Assembly: GCA_964016885.1 (NCBI GenBank)
Contig: OZ024748.1
Span: 2,108,001 to 2,172,000, forward strand
DNA length: 64,000 nt
Source: Eledone cirrhosa
Lineage: Eukaryota
Direction: 5' to 3'
Below are positions 60,828 to 64,000 of the stretch, one piece after another. Position numbers and translations under genes: made by a program. How positions within the stretch are numbered: the first letter of the stretch is position 1; each line of letters starts with the position of its first letter. Under the pieces are notes generated by a model. The model had not been told where the DNA came from and searched no databases. It worked only from the letters and a program-made list of their open reading frames with translations.

Positions 60828-61649
60828 GACAATTCTTAAATAATTCATTTCATGTGTGTGTATTTATTTATTTTTATTTCAATAATTTATTGTTTTGTCA
60901 GAAAATGTTTTCCTTTAACTTAACAACAAAAACAATTAGAAAACCTAAAATACTAATACTCTTGAAAAATTTATTATTATTTTTATTATTTTATTTTATT
61001 TATTTTTATTTTTTAAAACATTTTAATAAATCTAAAAATGACTTAAATATATTGCTTCAGAAATTGATGCTTTTTTTTTTAAAGTTGGGTTTATAGCTAA
61101 TATCATGATGCTGGAAATATCTTGCTCTAGTATATATTCCTTCCTTCTTCAATGTTATGCTTTCTTTAGATATATTTGTAGAAGCACAGTGGCCGGGTGG
61201 TTAAAATCTTTGTCTATTTTACTTACTCTTTACTCTGATTCATGGGTTCAAATTCTGCCTCAGAAAATAAAATAAAAAATAGAAGAAAAAAAAACGAAAA
61301 AAAAAATGTCAATGTTATACTTTTTATTTGAAAAGAAAGAGAAAACAAACAAAACAAGAACAACAACAACAAAACTAACAGTTTTGAAGGACTTTGATTT
61401 TGTAGATAAAGCATTCTTCAGCTGAAGACACCTACACACAAGATTCCATGACTCCCCAGGCCCATGCTGCCACAAAATCCTTCCAGTTGTCCCCCACTCC
61501 AGATACCCTGTTCCAAAAAAAAAAGAAAAAAAAAGACAATTAAAGAAAGACCCCCCCCCATAAAAAAAAAACACAGCATACCATTGCGGTATGTCACTGC
61601 CTACCAAGATGACTAACACACACAAGGTCTGAAACCAAAATCCAGCATA

Positions 61650-61815
61650 CCATTATCAGCATTATCAGCATTATCACCATTGTCACCATTATTATCACCA
61701 TTATCACCATTGTCACTATTATTATCACCATTGTCACCATTATTATCACCATTATCACCATTATTATCACCATTATCACCATTATCACCATTAGTATCAT
61801 CATCAATGTCATCAT
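61650..61815. repeat. 9-bp (ATTATCACC)n repeat
   Basis: Directly visible. Confidence 0.9.
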
Positions 61816-61924
61816 TATGTCATCTGCATTGTATTTCTTTCCTTCATTATCACCACTAAAGGCCAATATCATTGGTATTTAAATGGTTTATAAAGGATAT
61901 GTATATATAAACACATCCTATATC

Positions 61925-61955
<31 letters not shown>

Positions 61956-62459
61956 GGAAAATGTTCAAGACCCCGACGGCAGTGCTCAAGCCGGTGCATT
62001 ATGGTCCACCTGGTTCCTTACCACACCTCCTTCGTTATATATATATATATATATATAGGATATACACACACACATATATATCATATATGTATATATATAT
62101 ATATGATATATATCATATATGTATATATATATATATGATATATATTATATAATATATATATATACATATATATATAGGATATACATATATATATCCTATA
62201 TCATATATATATATATATATGCATACATATGTATATATTATATATATATGTATATGTATATTTGTGCATATGTATACATACATATATGCCCATACATAAA
62301 GTTAAATGTAATTTAGTTTGGAATATATGGGTCCAGTATGAAGAGCCATCCAACATATAATGGAAGCCATTCCACTGAATAGTAATCTTATCACCACAGT
62401 CCAAAATATGCTTTGTTAATTCAAGCAAATTCTTCAATACATTTATTTCTGCTTAGTAA

Positions 62460-62613
62460 ACATATATATATATATATATATTATATATTATATATATACA
62501 TTATATGTATATATTATATAATATATATTGTGTATATATATATTATATAATATATATTGTGTATATATATATTATATAATATATATTGTATATATATATA
62601 CATATATATATTG

Positions 62614-62675
<62 letters not shown>

Positions 62676-62712
62676 TGTACATATATATATACATACATAT
62701 ATATATATATAT

Positions 62713-62773
<61 letters not shown>

Positions 62774-63230
62774 CATACATATATATATATACATACATAT
62801 ATATATATATACATACATATATATATTATATCATACATATATATATATATATATTATATAATATATATTATATATATATATACATACATATATATATATA
62901 TTATATAATATATATTATATATACATACATATATATATTATATAATATATATTATATATATATATACATACATATATATATATATTATATAATATATATT
63001 ATATATACATACATATATATATTATATAATATATATTATATATATATATACATACATATATATATATATTATATAATATATATTATATATATATATATAC
63101 ATACATATATATATATATTATATAATATATATTATATATATATATATATACATACATATATATATATATTATATAATATATATTGTATATATATATATAT
63201 ATTTGTATATATGTGTATATATATTACTTG
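62460..63230. repeat. TA-rich complex microsatellite
   Basis: Directly visible. Confidence 0.9.
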
Positions 63231-63299
63231 TTGATTTTTTTTTAAAATTCAAATTTTAATTTTTACTAGAACTTGAAGGACCTTGTTCTCATGTATGTA

Positions 63300-63352
<53 letters not shown>

Positions 63353-63423
63353 TCTGGAATAAATTTGTTTTCTGTTATTCTGTGTTGTTTTGTTTTATTC
63401 ATTTCAAGACTATTGCATTTATT

Positions 63424-63891
63424 CAGGGCCGGATTTAATGGGAAGGGCAAAGGGGCAATTGCCCTGGGCCCCCAACAGAATGGGGGGGGGGGGGCACCAT
63501 TGATAGCTGTAGAAATTTATTTGTGCCCACAGCTGGGTTATTTAGTTTTACAGTGGTTAGAATTTTTTAATTTAATAACTGTATGTTTAACTTTTCAATT
63601 CCAATTACTTGCACCAAGTTAACTTTGATATGTAAAATTGAGGGGGTTGTTGTGTATTCTAATTTTTTTGTCAGTTGTCCGGCCCCTGCAAAACTGAAGT
63701 GCAGGGCCAAATTAATACTTTTTGAGGCCCTAAGCCCTTAAAATATTAAGGTGGCTCCTATTTATAAAGTCCACTACAAATATTGGTGCGTGGGAGAATG
63801 AGAAATTCATTTAATTTAAATAAAATGGTGCCCCTCCTTCTTTGGTGCTCTAAACTTGTGGGTATTTTGCTGAATAATTAATCCTGCTCTG
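63424..63891. mobile_element. Two adjacent MITEs (63424-63688 and 63702-63891)
   Basis: CAGGGCCGGATTT...TCCGGCCCCTG and CAGGGCCAAATTAA...TTAATCCTGCTCTG; relatives at 37440 and 5537. Confidence 0.75.
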
Positions 63892-64000
63892 GAAACCTGT
63901 AACATATAATGTTAATGTTTAGAAATTGTAAATTTGTTGGTTATCATATACCCTTGTCAACTCAACTAATTACACTCTCAGGATACTCATTAATTATAAT

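Overview
Eukaryotic, very AT-rich, microsatellite-dense DNA. The repeat landscape (huge (TA)n/(CA)n tracts, tRNA-derived SINEs, RTE LINE) suggests an octopod cephalopod, which is an inference. The only supportable host gene is the 3' half of a type I diacylglycerol kinase (DGK alpha/beta/gamma-like) on the + strand. It has 11 confident GT-AG coding exons from 24337 to the stop at 38043, plus two probable upstream linker exons, one of them a 15-nt microexon; all splice in frame. The rest is introns and intergenic DNA containing minisatellites, a ~7 kb TA-derived satellite with a 200-N gap, a truncated RTE LINE, an R4/Dong-like LINE tail, two SINE families, MITEs (piggyBac-, hAT- and Tc1/mariner-type) and a Helentron/HINE-like element with a nested TE stack. 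Most notable are several sequence-diverse minimal type I hammerhead ribozyme motifs of the Penelope/retrozyme kind. One carries a compensatory U3:A8 core and lies sense to the DGK pre-mRNA, and two form the arms of a ~400-bp palindrome. There is also a high density of TE-derived fold-back palindromes. Nearly all ORFs in the supplied track are microsatellite artefacts. All coordinates and folds were derived by eye.
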